DNA of 64,000 nucleotides from Candidatus Nanohaloarchaea archaeon (GCA_013343275.1 CP046106.1:704001-768000); one strand, 5' to 3'; shown: positions 1 to 9,820, counted from the stretch's first letter. Numbers and translations are program-made. The notes: generated by a model from the letters alone, not told the origin.

Positions 1-176
1 TAACTGCTGCCTGATTTCAATCAAGGTGCCGGATGTAAACCTCTAGTTCTAATGCAGGCTTTTCTAAGCTTTGAAACACAGAATAAGGCCCGCATTAATC
101 CTAAGGTTTTTATAGGGATTCAAACAATAACTATCATAGAAGATATAGTTTTTTCCAAAAGGAGGTGACAATTACC

Positions 177-374
177 ATGGCAGAACTACCACTAGCACCT
201 GTAAAGAGAATTATCAAACAGTCCGGAGCTTCCAGAGTTTCCGAAGATGCAGTAGAGGAACTAAGAGATGAACTGGAAGGATACGCTAGCGACCGAGCAC
301 GAGAAGCTAAAGAGTACGCTCAGCACGCTGGCAGAAAGACTGTACAGGCCGACGACGTAAAGGCTTCACAGTAA
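177..374 (+). CDS. Archaeal histone (HMf/HTk-type, single histone fold)
   Basis: MAELPLAPVKRIIK...RVSEDA...AQHAGRKTVQADDV. GGAGGTGA SD at 161-168 places the start at ATG 177. Confidence 0.95.
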   Translation: MAELPLAPVKRIIKQSGASRVSEDAVEELRDELEGYASDRAREAKEYAQHAGRKTVQADDVKASQ

Positions 375-435
375 GTCCTTTCTCGGCCAACGAGTTTTTA
401 CCTATTACCTTTCTTATTTTTCTTGAGTGAACTAG

Positions 436-1197
436 ATGAGGATTGAAAACAGCTTTATTCTCGCACCCGGAGTAGGAGAGAAGACTGAGAAGAAACTCTG
501 GAAAAAAGGAATAACACACTGGGACCATATAGAGAATACTAACGAAGTAAGCAGCCGGAAACAGGAAAAAATATCCAGCTTTGTACAGAAGGCCCGGAAA
601 AACCTTGAAGTAGAGAACTCAGTGTTCTTCCAGGAAAACCTCCCTAACAAAAGCCTCTGGAGACTTTACCGCAACTTCGAGGAAAAGGCCTGCTTCTTCG
701 ATATCGAGACCACCGGCCTCGACAAGAAAAAGAACAAGGTTACAACCGTCAGCTTCCACCGCGACGGAGATTCACGGACCTTGATACAGGGCCAGGACCT
801 GACAAAGGAAAGACTTGAGGAAGAGATGTTCGAATCAAAGATACTTGTATCGTTCAACGGAAAACGTTTCGACCAGCCGTTCCTCGAACAGAGCTTTGAC
901 ATGGATATCAACGTTCCGCATATCGATCTCATGTACCTATTCAAACGTATCGGCTACTCCGGCGGCCTGAAAAAGATCGAGAAACAGCTGGATGTTGACA
1001 GAGAGCTGGAGGATATCGATGGACGAGAAGCTGTCCGGCTCTGGAAGCAGTACGAGAATAACGGCAATCAGGAGGCACTGGATAAGCTGGTCAAGTACAA
1101 CCAGTACGATGCCAGAAACCTTGAGAGCCTTCTTGAGATAGTGCATGAGCGCTTAACGGGCGAAGTGTTTGAGCCTCACAGGCCTTCCGAACGATAG
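436..1197 (+). CDS. YprB/RNase_H_2-family DEDD 3'-5' exonuclease with N-terminal HhH-like segment
   Basis: PGVGEKTE, FFDIETTGL, VSFNGKRFDQPFL, HIDL, GGLKKIE and YNQYD motifs. Confidence 0.85.
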   Translation: MRIENSFILAPGVGEKTEKKLWKKGITHWDHIENTNEVSSRKQEKISSFVQKARKNLEVENSVFFQENLPNKSLWRLYRNFEEKACFFDIETTGLDKKKNKVTTVSFHRDGDSRTLIQGQDLTKERLEEEMFESKILVSFNGKRFDQPFLEQSFDMDINVPHIDLMYLFKRIGYSGGLKKIEKQLDVDRELEDIDGREAVRLWKQYENNGNQEALDKLVKYNQYDARNLESLLEIVHERLTGEVFEPHRPSER

Positions 1198-1199
1198 AC

Positions 1200-1221
1200 T
1201 TAAAAACGACTGATCCCAACT
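1200..1221 (+). promoter_or_regulatory. TATA-containing promoter resembling the tRNA-Ser promoter
   Basis: TTAAAAACGACTGATCCCAACT, compared with TTAAAGACTGACGATCCCAAACT at 61104-61126. Confidence 0.55.
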
Positions 1222-1233
1222 TTCAGATGAAAA

Positions 1234-1580
1234 TGGCCTTGGTACAAAATACACCGGCTCCGGAAAACATGTGGATGGATTCCGTGAGCTACTGCTATAC
1301 CCATCTGACCAGGGCCAAGGCTAAATTCTCAATTATTAACTTCCTGGCAGAGTAAAGCGGGATGAAGCCTTGGCTCCTACTGGAGTCAAGCGCCGACCGC
1401 GAATACTCAAGGCTTCTGGAAAATAGGATTCCAATTCTTCTACCTCTGTGGAACATAGGGTAGAGTTTTGGAATCGGAGGTATGCTGTGCTTGCAAGGTG
1501 CAGTGTACCTCACGGTTACCTATTCAACTTACTGACTGATCAAACACAAGTCGAACCGAAAAACACAACACGCCAGGTGA
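1234..1580 (+). ncRNA. Large structured RNA or leader of unknown family
   Basis: Stems 1234-1243/1308-1317, 1364-1372/1408-1416, 1427-1434/1468-1475, a fully paired hairpin 1477-1511 with G-U pairs, and 1343-1348/1572-1577. Confidence 0.65.
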
Positions 1581-1588
1581 CAACACCA

Positions 1589-1702
1589 ATGGACGCAAAC
1601 GCGCGGCATTTCGAAGTAGAACTTCAGGCCCAGCTTGAGGAAGAGGAAACTCAGGCACAGGTACATCCTGAAGCAAACGTCGTCGCAGTTCAAACTCTCT
1701 GA
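1589..1702 (+). CDS. 37-aa acidic micro-protein
   Basis: AGGTGA SD 8 nt before ATG, the same spacing as the histone, radA and cysD-like genes. MDANARHFEVELQAQLEEEETQAQVHPEANVVAVQTL. Confidence 0.6.
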   Translation: MDANARHFEVELQAQLEEEETQAQVHPEANVVAVQTL

Positions 1703-1719
1703 GAAAGAATAATAGAGAA

Positions 1720-1753
1720 CTTCCGCAGACCCTAGAAACCGCTCTAGCGGGAG
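1720..1753 (+). terminator. Hairpin between convergent genes
   Basis: CTAGA/TCTAG (1732-1736/1743-1747) enclosed by CTTCCGC/GCGGGAG. Confidence 0.35.
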
Positions 1754-2242
1754 CTATTCGTCTTGCTGATACGCTGCCGACTCGAATGCAGCCCAGCCAT
1801 TAGCCATAGAATCAAGTATCGAAGTAAACGAACGCGCCGGCTTCACAACCTTTCGACGGCCCTGCTTGCCCTCACGCTGGCCACGATACTCCAGGTATTC
1901 ATACTGTATAACACCAATCCTTCTCAACTTAGGCAGAATATTGTTCTTCAAGTTTGAAAGGCCTTTCTCATGACCCCATTCGCCGAAATTATTCAACTTC
2001 TCGGAGTCTATCTCTCCTTCATCCTTTAACTCGCGCAGAAATATCTTTGCGTACTTATTCCTCTTCGGAGACTGCTCCTGAGGGAAAAACAGGTCAACGA
2101 TCTTCTCCCAGTTCCATGCACGATCAGACTTCCTGTACTTCTGACTGTCGCGCGGAATAGCGATCGAGTTCTTAGTAACTATAGTAGTAGATTTACGGGC
2201 CTCTTCATCTACAAAAGGGTGCTCCTCATCATTCTCCGACAT
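1754..2242 (-). CDS. Uncharacterised protein, probable winged-helix DNA-binding fold
   Basis: NILPKLRRIGVIQY recognition-helix/wing pattern, a basic wing, and a C-terminal amphipathic helix. Confidence 0.55.
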   Translation of the reverse strand: MSENDEEHPFVDEEARKSTTIVTKNSIAIPRDSQKYRKSDRAWNWEKIVDLFFPQEQSPKRNKYAKIFLRELKDEGEIDSEKLNNFGEWGHEKGLSNLKNNILPKLRRIGVIQYEYLEYRGQREGKQGRRKVVKPARSFTSILDSMANGWAAFESAAYQQDE

Positions 2243-2252
2243 AACAGGTGTT

Positions 2253-2268
2253 TAACAAAGGAGGTATA
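2253..2268 (+). promoter_or_regulatory. 16-bp motif TAACAAAGGAGGTATA, putative operator
   Basis: Identical copy inverted at 9804-9819 and two 14/16 variants at 9652 and 9744. Confidence 0.6.
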
Positions 2269-2315
2269 TCAAAGAACCGGAAAGTGATAAAGCAGGACAG
2301 AACAACTAATTATAC

Positions 2316-2729
2316 ATGAACCAGCGTAAAGGAATCACCCCTGTAGTGGCAGTAACACTTCTCATCAGCATAACTGTAGCCGCTACCGGAACACTCTACT
2401 ACCAGATAGAGGGCGCTCAACAGGCCGCGAGAGGAGGAACCTCTGATATATTCGAGCAGTCAAGGCTAACTATCGAGGCCTGCAACAGCAACTCTGCCAG
2501 AAGCATTCTCTACGTCAGGAACAGCAACACCATGGCAATAAACACGAGCGAACTCAGCGTGTATATAAACAGCAGGCCTGTATCAGACTCCGAATATAGC
2601 TTCACTCCGACCGTTGTGGATCCTCAGAGAGATTTCAGGCTGAGGATAGACGGCAGAAATCTGAACAGATCGCAGGTGGTGGAGATTCAGGGCCGGAACA
2701 ACCAGTTCACCTACCGCTGTCTCAACTAG
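2316..2729 (+). CDS. Type IV pilin/archaellin-like protein with class III signal peptide
   Basis: RKG|ITPVVAVTLLISITVAA. Confidence 0.85.
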   Translation: MNQRKGITPVVAVTLLISITVAATGTLYYQIEGAQQAARGGTSDIFEQSRLTIEACNSNSARSILYVRNSNTMAINTSELSVYINSRPVSDSEYSFTPTVVDPQRDFRLRIDGRNLNRSQVVEIQGRNNQFTYRCLN

Positions 2730-2770
2730 GAAATTTATTTTTTGAAACTTGACCTTCCACTGATTTCACT

Positions 2771-3265
2771 ATGAGCTACGAAGAACTCTCCCGAGAAGAA
2801 CTAGTCGAGGCCCTGCAACAGGTAGAAAGAGAACTTGAAGAAGCACAGCAGGAAAGAGATGATAAAGAGGAACTGGCGAAGAAGGTCAAGGCCGACTTCG
2901 AGAACTACAAGAAAAGAGAACAGGAGAGAAAAGAACAGTGGCAGATCGAGGCCCAGCAGAAACTCGCGGAAGACCTGATCGAAGTACTTGATAACCTGGA
3001 GAGAGCTATTCTATCAGCAGATGAAGACTCTACCGTTGTACAGGGAGTGAAGATGGTTGCCGATCAGCTATACGAGACACTGGAGAAAAAAGGCCTTGAA
3101 AGAATAGATGCAGAGGGAGAGGAGTTCGATCCTGAACTGCACAAGGCCGTAGAGACCGAGGAAGGTACTCACAACAAAGTTCTGCGGCAGAAGAGAAAGG
3201 GCTATATGTTCGATGAAGAGGTACTTCGGGAGGCAGAGGTTGTAGTCGGTAAAGAAGAGGAGTAG
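2771..3265 (+). CDS. grpE: Nucleotide exchange factor GrpE
   Basis: ADFENYKKR, LDNLERA, FDPELHKAV; upstream of dnaK. Confidence 0.97.
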   Translation: MSYEELSREELVEALQQVERELEEAQQERDDKEELAKKVKADFENYKKREQERKEQWQIEAQQKLAEDLIEVLDNLERAILSADEDSTVVQGVKMVADQLYETLEKKGLERIDAEGEEFDPELHKAVETEEGTHNKVLRQKRKGYMFDEEVLREAEVVVGKEEE

Positions 3266-3345
3266 AGTTTTTGTGGAACTGATTTAAAAATTTTTATTCA
3301 TGTAATCAAAAAATAGTTGACAACCATTCCAGGTGAATAAATTCT

Positions 3346-5298
3346 ATGAGCGAGAACAACAAGATTATCGGCATCGATCTAGGTACGACAAGAAGCGCAA
3401 TGGCAGCAATCCAGGACGGAGAGCCAAAAATTCTGGAAAACAACGAAGGAGAGAGAATCACTCCCTCAATAGTGGCCTTTGACGATGAAGAGAGACTGGT
3501 CGGAAAACAGGCCAAGAACCAGATGGTGACGAACGAAGAAAATACTGTTAAATCCATCAAGCGCCACATGGGCGAAGATTATACTGTAGAACTTGAAGGA
3601 GAGGACTACACCCCGCAGGAAATTTCCTCAATGATCCTGCAGAAGCTGAAAACAGATGCTGAAGACAAGCTCGGCAACGATGTAGAGAAGGCCGTTATCA
3701 CTGTTCCCGCTCACTTCGACGACACCCAGAGACAGGCCACGAAGGATGCTGGAGAGATCGCAGGCCTTGAAGTTGAGAGAATTCTGAACGAGCCGACCGC
3801 TGCAGCTCTCGCGTACGGCCTTGACGATGAGAACGATCAGACTGTTCTTGTATACGATTTCGGAGGCGGAACATTCGACGTCACCGTGCTCGAGATGGGA
3901 GACGGAATCTACGAGGTCCAGTCCACTGAAGGAGACAACGATCTGGGAGGCGACGATTTCGACGAAGAGATAGTCGACTGGGTGCTGGAAAAGTTTGAGG
4001 ACGAAAACAGAATCGACCTCTCGGATAAGGACGAAGCGATGCAGAGAATCAGAGAAAAAGCCGAGGAAGCGAAAAAAGAGCTTTCCAGCCGGAAACAGGC
4101 CAAGATAAACATTCCGTTCATCCATCAGGAGGACGGCGAGACATACAATATTGACTACGAGCTGACACGCTCCAAGTTCGAGGATCTTATCGAGGATCTC
4201 GTTCAGAGGACGACAGAGCCTACCGAGACAGCCATAGAAGACGCAGGTATCGAAAAGTCAGACATTGACGAAGTTATCCTTGTCGGAGGAACCACGAGAG
4301 TTCCAGCCGTCAGAGAACATGTCCAGGCAATCACCGCCCAGGAACCAAACCAGGAGGTCAATCCTGCAGAGGCCGTAGCACAGGGCGCAGCAATTCAGGC
4401 CGGATCCATCACAGGAGAGATGGACGACATTCTTCTGCTCGATGTAGCACCTCTCAGCCTCGGAGTTGAGGTTAAAGGAGGCCTTACAGAGACACTAATT
4501 GAGAAAAACACGACAGTACCAGCCGAAGAGTCCAAGACCTTCACTACCGCGATGGACAACCAGACCGCAGTAACCATCAACGTAGTGCAGGGAGAACGCG
4601 AGATGGCAGAAGACAACAAATCTCTAGGAGAGTTCAATCTACAGGGCATCCCTCCTGCTCCAGCCGGACAGCCACAGATCGAAGTAACATTCGAGATCGA
4701 CGCAGACGGAATTCTACAGGTATCTGCAGAGGAACAGCAGAGTGGAGAAGAGGCCTCAATTTCAATTGACGATACCTCCCGGCTTGACGAAGATGAAATC
4801 GAGGAAATGAAGGAAGAGGCCGAGAAACACGAGGAACAAGACCGCAAGAAACGCGAGTTTATCGAGGCCAAGAACAAGGCCGATCAGATGATCTCCCAGG
4901 CAGAGACACAGATCGAGAACTTTGAAGACCAGGTCGACGAAGAAGTGATCGAAGAAATAGAAGAAGCAATTGAAGATGTCAGAGAGGCCCGTGAAGAAGC
5001 AGAAGAGATTGAAGATCTCGAAGAGGCCAAAGAAGAGATTGAAGAAGCGATTGAAGGCCTTGAGGAGGAGCTTCAGGAGATCGGCCAGGAAATGTACGAC
5101 GGCCAGCAAGGAGGTCCCGGCGGAATGGGAGGAGCAGGTTTCGATCCTTCCAACATGTCCGAGGAAGATCTTAAAGAAGCCGCTCAGAACATGGGCGGTG
5201 CCGGAGGACCTCAGCAAGGCGGAGATGATGTAGTCGATGCAGACTACGAAGAAGTAGAGACAGAAGAAGAATCAGGAGAAGAAGGGAAAGAGGAGTAA
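3346..5298 (+). CDS. dnaK: Chaperone DnaK (Hsp70)
   Basis: [33 protein letters not shown]. Confidence 0.99.
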   Translation: MSENNKIIGIDLGTTRSAMAAIQDGEPKILENNEGERITPSIVAFDDEERLVGKQAKNQMVTNEENTVKSIKRHMGEDYTVELEGEDYTPQEISSMILQKLKTDAEDKLGNDVEKAVITVPAHFDDTQRQATKDAGEIAGLEVERILNEPTAAALAYGLDDENDQTVLVYDFGGGTFDVTVLEMGDGIYEVQSTEGDNDLGGDDFDEEIVDWVLEKFEDENRIDLSDKDEAMQRIREKAEEAKKELSSRKQAKINIPFIHQEDGETYNIDYELTRSKFEDLIEDLVQRTTEPTETAIEDAGIEKSDIDEVILVGGTTRVPAVREHVQAITAQEPNQEVNPAEAVAQGAAIQAGSITGEMDDILLLDVAPLSLGVEVKGGLTETLIEKNTTVPAEESKTFTTAMDNQTAVTINVVQGEREMAEDNKSLGEFNLQGIPPAPAGQPQIEVTFEIDADGILQVSAEEQQSGEEASISIDDTSRLDEDEIEEMKEEAEKHEEQDRKKREFIEAKNKADQMISQAETQIENFEDQVDEEVIEEIEEAIEDVREAREEAEEIEDLEEAKEEIEEAIEGLEEELQEIGQEMYDGQQGGPGGMGGAGFDPSNMSEEDLKEAAQNMGGAGGPQQGGDDVVDADYEEVETEEESGEEGKEE

Positions 5299-5306
5299 AA
5301 ACTCCT

Positions 5307-5504
5307 TTATTCCCTCTCCGTTATATCCTGATATGCGAGGACTGTGAAGATTACGGCCAGCGCAAATGAACTGAAAGCGAGAGTTGAGTTATCTGAGTAA
5401 AACTGGAGAATGCCTCCAAGATACATCATGCTCAGGCATACGGCCCAGATGATCTTCCTTTTCGATCTATCGAGCTCGAAATCAAGGTAATCAGTTAAAG
5501 ACAT
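5307..5504 (-). CDS. Small two-TM membrane protein
   Basis: Fills the dnaK-dnaJ gap; two hydrophobic stretches. Confidence 0.55.
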   Translation of the reverse strand: MSLTDYLDFELDRSKRKIIWAVCLSMMYLGGILQFYSDNSTLAFSSFALAVIFTVLAYQDITERE

Positions 5505-5536
5505 ACACAGAAAGTACAGGAGGACGAATAAAAACT

Positions 5537-6616
5537 ATGAGCAAGGAATACTACGAACTTCTAGGAGTAAGCGAAGACGCAAGTCAGGAGGAAATCAAGA
5601 AGGCCTACAGGAAGAAGGCCAAAAAATACCATCCGGACAGCAACTCTGATAGTGCTGACGAGGAGAAGTTCAAGAAGATTAACAAGGCCTACGATGTTCT
5701 CAGCGATGAGGAAAAAAGAAAGAAGTACGACAGATTTGGCAAGCAAGGTGTTGAAGGTAACGCCCGGGCAGGTCAGCAGAGGGCCTCGCAGAACTTCCAG
5801 GATATCTTCGAGCATCTGTTCGGAGGCGGAGGTCGTGGCGGTCGCCGCGGCAGAAACTCCGGGGAAAACCTGAGAATCCAGACAGCTGTAACCCTGGAAG
5901 AGGCCTATAAAGGAGTTGAGAAAAGTTTTGAGGTTGCCAGGAATAAAGAGTGTCCTGAATGTAATGGTTCTGGAGCTGAAAATGGTAATACATCTACATG
6001 TACAGAGTGTGATGGCCAGGGTAGAGTTCGACAGGTCCAGAGAACGCCTTTCGGCCGTACACAGACAGTTACAGAGTGTCCTACGTGTAATGGAACAGGC
6101 GAAGTTCCTGAAGAGAAATGCAGCGAATGCAGTGGCGAAGGAGTAACTGAGCAGGAGGAGCAGATAACAGTTGATATTCCTGCAGGAGTGAAGGACGGCC
6201 AGAGACTGAAGGTTGCCGGCAAAGGTAATGAGGCCAGAGGAAGGCCTGGCGACCTGATAATCCGTGTCAGCGTGGAGCCTCACGACTCACTTGAGCGCAG
6301 AGATAACGACTTGTTTACTACTGCAAAGGTCGGTATCGGAGACGTAGCTCTTGGAACAGAGATCACGGTACCAACTCCGGACTCGGAGATACAGGTAGAG
6401 ATCCCTGAAGGCACTCAGCCAGGGCAGGTACTCAGAGTCAGCGGGAAAGGAATGCCTTCTAGACGGGGCCGTGGCTACGGAGATCTGTTCATCAAGGTGG
6501 ATGTTGAGATACCGGAGGACTTGACCGAGGAGCAGAGAGAAACGCTGGAAGAGCTCCGACAGGAAGACGAGGAATCAAAGACTTTCTTCGAGACAGTCAA
6601 GGACTTCATCGGGTAG
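5537..6616 (+). CDS. dnaJ: Chaperone DnaJ
   Basis: J-domain HPD motif and four CxxCxGxG repeats. Confidence 0.98.
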   Translation: MSKEYYELLGVSEDASQEEIKKAYRKKAKKYHPDSNSDSADEEKFKKINKAYDVLSDEEKRKKYDRFGKQGVEGNARAGQQRASQNFQDIFEHLFGGGGRGGRRGRNSGENLRIQTAVTLEEAYKGVEKSFEVARNKECPECNGSGAENGNTSTCTECDGQGRVRQVQRTPFGRTQTVTECPTCNGTGEVPEEKCSECSGEGVTEQEEQITVDIPAGVKDGQRLKVAGKGNEARGRPGDLIIRVSVEPHDSLERRDNDLFTTAKVGIGDVALGTEITVPTPDSEIQVEIPEGTQPGQVLRVSGKGMPSRRGRGYGDLFIKVDVEIPEDLTEEQRETLEELRQEDEESKTFFETVKDFIG

Positions 6617-6670
6617 AAGCAATCCAGCTCAGTTAATAATTTTTTAAACTATTCTATTAATTTTTCTTTT

Positions 6671-7063
6671 ATGGAGATTGTAAGCCTTTCAGTAGACGAA
6701 GAGACACTGGAGAAAATCGAAGAAATACAGGAAGAAGGAAATTTTAACGGAAGAAGCGAACTGGTCAGAAAGGCCATCGAAAGGCTTCACCAAGAGACAA
6801 TGGAGAACCAGAAACTGGAGGGCGAACTCAATGCAGTGATCGTAGCCCGGCACCCATATCAGAAAGAGCAGGAAGTAGCCAAGATATCACACGAATTCGA
6901 TGAAGTAGTAACCACCCAGCTGCACAGCAAGCTCAGCGGAGGCCGATGCCTCAAAGTATTCCACACCAACGGCACAGCCAGCAAAGTAATAGAGTTCTAC
7001 AACGAACTTGAAGGAAGCAAACACACAGACTCAGTCAACATGCTGCCACAAGACCAAAAATGA
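6671..7063 (+). CDS. NikR-like regulator (RHH plus C-terminal metal-binding domain)
   Basis: IVSLSVD...RSELVRKAI RHH; ISHEF...QLH...RCL. Confidence 0.8.
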   Translation: MEIVSLSVDEETLEKIEEIQEEGNFNGRSELVRKAIERLHQETMENQKLEGELNAVIVARHPYQKEQEVAKISHEFDEVVTTQLHSKLSGGRCLKVFHTNGTASKVIEFYNELEGSKHTDSVNMLPQDQK

Positions 7064-7262
7064 AATAACTTGGTAGCTGTCAAGTGAAACAAGAGATTCT
7101 TCCCAGCAAATTAGAGGATAATAGTTTTAGTATTCCTTCCGAGGGACAAAGGCGGTATTTGGTGTTTAATAGGTTGTTTTTGTTTTCTAAAGGTCTAATC
7201 TGTTAAAAAGCAAATTTTTTGGGAAAAAGATTTTTACTTTTGTAGTATCAAGTCCTTCCTGA

Positions 7263-8057
7263 ATGGATTTCCTGAAACAAGAATATAGGGAGAAAGAGAC
7301 ATGGATTCCCGATTCTCGTTTATTAGCTGCAGCTGTAGCTGTTGTTGTGCTTCAAGCAGTGTTCTATAAATTTGTTATCACATCTTTCCTGAGTTTAGTT
7401 CCTTTTAACTTTGTTACTGACATATTAATCGGCCTAACTGGTTTTTTAATAGAAATTTTAGTTATTAAGTATGTTTTAGATAGTTATCAGAGTATTAAGG
7501 AGGGTTTACGGTACGGCATTTCTGTAGCTTCGATTTGGTTATTACTTAACATATCTTGGGTTTTCCACGACTTAATAATAGGTGTATCATGGGCAAATAA
7601 TATCGAATCTTTACTAGCTGGCCCAGTAGTTAGTTTACTTGAAAGCACTTCCATATTTTTAGTTTATAAGAGATTTCCAACAGGTATAGATATAGAGCGA
7701 TTTAAGGAGTATACTATTTATTCTGTAATTGCAGTTATGCTATTTTTTATAACAGGTATAATCTTTAACGGGCTTTCTGACCTAAATTATGTGTTCGCTG
7801 ATGCCGGATTCTTACTGGTTCCGACTATATTGGAGATCTACTGTCTAAGAGAAATATTGCCAGAAATTTCGGAGCTAGACAGCTTAAGATTCACTTCCTA
7901 TGCTGTTCTAGCAGTATCTGCCATAATCTTAATTACTTCTATAATAGAATTTCTACTTCAGCTAAGAGTAAATATCCCTGGAGATATAAGTTTAGCCTTT
8001 ACTCTTACAGTGGTAATGCTCATTATATGGCATCAGGAGCTGCGAACTGAAAAATAA
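7263..8057 (+). CDS. Multi-pass membrane protein, AT-rich
   Basis: About 8 hydrophobic segments with internal two-fold similarity; visibly low GC. Confidence 0.7.
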   Translation: MDFLKQEYREKETWIPDSRLLAAAVAVVVLQAVFYKFVITSFLSLVPFNFVTDILIGLTGFLIEILVIKYVLDSYQSIKEGLRYGISVASIWLLLNISWVFHDLIIGVSWANNIESLLAGPVVSLLESTSIFLVYKRFPTGIDIERFKEYTIYSVIAVMLFFITGIIFNGLSDLNYVFADAGFLLVPTILEIYCLREILPEISELDSLRFTSYAVLAVSAIILITSIIEFLLQLRVNIPGDISLAFTLTVVMLIIWHQELRTEK

Positions 8058-8175
8058 ATAATGATATAGGTTTACGTACGCACACATGGTTTTTCGACTA
8101 TTATGTAGAAGAGCAATTATCTCCTAGAAAAATGTAAATGTTATCGCCACGAAACAGATACATGGTGTATCAGAG

Positions 8176-8568
8176 ATGAAATTAGCGCACACAATGCTTA
8201 GAGTAGGTAACCCAGAAGAGGTAATCGAGTTCTACAAAGAGGCCTTCGACATGGAACTGAAGAGAAAGTCAGAACAAGACTCCTTCACACTTTACTTCCT
8301 CGGACACCCAGGCCAGACAGCAGAACTCGAACTCACATACAACCACGGCCAGGACGACAAATACGGGAAAGGTGAAGGATTCGGCCACATCGCAATCCAC
8401 ACACCAGAGGACATGACACTGCAGGAAGCATACGACAACGCAGTAGAGGCCGGCGGAGAAGACTACAGGCCTCCAGAAGAATGTCCCGGCGACTACGCAT
8501 TCGTCAAAGATCCTGAAGGCTACGAAGTAGAGATACTTGCAAGGCCTGCAGCCACACCGGAAGAATAA
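8176..8568 (+). CDS. gloA: Lactoylglutathione lyase (glyoxalase I)
   Basis: HTMLRV, LELTYN, GFGHIAI, FVKDPEGYEVE. Confidence 0.9.
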   Translation: MKLAHTMLRVGNPEEVIEFYKEAFDMELKRKSEQDSFTLYFLGHPGQTAELELTYNHGQDDKYGKGEGFGHIAIHTPEDMTLQEAYDNAVEAGGEDYRPPEECPGDYAFVKDPEGYEVEILARPAATPEE

Positions 8569-8616
8569 CTCCTCCAACGCTTTCTTCTTTAATTCTCCAG
8601 AACCAACTATACTCAC

Positions 8617-9132
8617 ATGAAGGAGATCGAGGCCAAAATCCTGGAAGTAGATCCTGCAGAAATCCGTCGAAAAATGCAGGAAATGAACGCTGAGAAAAAA
8701 TTCGAGGGCAAAGTACAGTCAGAGTTCTACGACTACGAAGACGGCCGTATCGAGGAAAACGGCATACTTCGGCTCCGAAGGCTAGGGTCGGAGACCATTC
8801 TCACCCGGAAAACAGATGAAGAAAATCAGGACGGAGCAAAAGTCATGGAAGAGATCGAGTTCGAGGTCGGCGATATGGATGAAGCCCGTGCACTACTCAC
8901 ATCACTCGGCCTTGAACAGATACACTCCAGTGAGAAAACCAGAGCCAAATGGCATCACGGCCGAATAGAATACGTCATCGACTGGTACCCGGACATACCA
9001 GCACTACTGGAAATCGAGGCCCCGACACAGCAGGAACTCACAGAAGCCATCGAAGACCTGGGCTACAACCCTGACGAGGCCAAAGACTGGGACAGCCACG
9101 ACCTCTACCAGCACTACGACGCAGAAAGATAA
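8617..9132 (+). CDS. CYTH (class IV adenylate cyclase-like) protein
   Basis: EIEAK, LRLR, EEIE, EKTR, LEIE. Confidence 0.85.
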   Translation: MKEIEAKILEVDPAEIRRKMQEMNAEKKFEGKVQSEFYDYEDGRIEENGILRLRRLGSETILTRKTDEENQDGAKVMEEIEFEVGDMDEARALLTSLGLEQIHSSEKTRAKWHHGRIEYVIDWYPDIPALLEIEAPTQQELTEAIEDLGYNPDEAKDWDSHDLYQHYDAER

Positions 9133-9202
9133 CATACATTTTCACTTCCCCTCTATATTTCTCCCTCTCAGACCTCGATAATACTCACAACAAAGGCCCG
9201 AT

Positions 9203-9256
9203 TGTTCAAAATTATCGAACACCATACCACACAGCCGTGTTAATTTATAGCGAACA
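9203..9256. promoter_or_regulatory. Two TGTTC-N9-GAACA-type palindromic boxes
   Basis: 9203-9221 perfect; 9238-9256 TGTTA-N9-GAACA. Confidence 0.55.
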
Positions 9257-9296
9257 TTCAATATTTTTTAATAGGTTTTGAGACAACTTATGAGTT

Positions 9297-9596
9297 ATGA
9301 CACAACCCTACGAGAGTTCAGACAGCATGAACACTCTCACAGAACAGGCCTATGAGCATATAGAAGAGGCGTTAGACGACCAGATAGACTACTGGGAAGA
9401 TCAGCAGGCAGCTGTTGCACTAGGCCAGTTCCTGGAAGGAGATCACGAAGGCGCCGAAGAACTCGAAAGAATAGAAGGTGAGATTTTCATGGGAGAGAGC
9501 CTGAAAACCATGTTAGAGGCCTCTGTAGGAGAACAAATTAATACCGAAAACGCCGTCCAGATGGTACAAGGATACCTTCAGGAGAACACTTACTGA
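9297..9596 (+). CDS. Hypothetical acidic protein
   Basis: 99-aa ORF with acidic halophile-type composition. Confidence 0.65.
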   Translation: MTQPYESSDSMNTLTEQAYEHIEEALDDQIDYWEDQQAAVALGQFLEGDHEGAEELERIEGEIFMGESLKTMLEASVGEQINTENAVQMVQGYLQENTY

Positions 9597-9650
9597 GTGT
9601 GCAAAAAGACCAAACACCCATTGATTTCAGGCCCATTCCAGAAAACCCTC

Positions 9651-9820
9651 ATAATAAAGAAGGTATATCGCAACTTAGGCCGCATGTGTTTTCTGGCATC
9701 TTCTTGGTGCTTTAGCTTGGGGTCGCGCCATAGATCAGCCATATAATAAAGAAGGTATATTTTCACCTTGCTGAATGACCAGGTCCAATTCACTGGTCTC
9801 TATTATACCTCCTTTGTTAT
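9651..9820. repeat. Cluster of three TAAYAAAGRAGGTATA repeats (two direct, one inverted)
   Basis: ATAATAAAGAAGGTATAT at 9651-9668 and 9743-9760; TATACCTCCTTTGTTA at 9804-9819. Confidence 0.8.

Noticed and set aside
1234-1702. tmRNA, SRP RNA or RNase P RNA interpretation of the structured region
   Set aside because: No tRNA-like T-arm or CCA end, no SRP helix-8 CAGG/AGCA loop, and no paired RNase P CR-I/CR-V in the right order. The GCAAAC (Ala-Asn) resemblance to a tmRNA tag is superficial.
1448-1702. 84-aa ORF from GTG 1448
   Set aside because: Its 5' half lies in long hairpins; the SD supports ATG 1589 instead.
3628-6283. Long antisense ORFs over dnaK/dnaJ, and similar ones over polD, dnaG, the flippase and aglB
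   Set aside because: Shadow ORFs produced by the codon bias of the real genes.
9651-9820. CRISPR array
   Set aside because: Repeats are only 16-18 bp, spacing is irregular, one copy is inverted, and there are no cas genes in the window.
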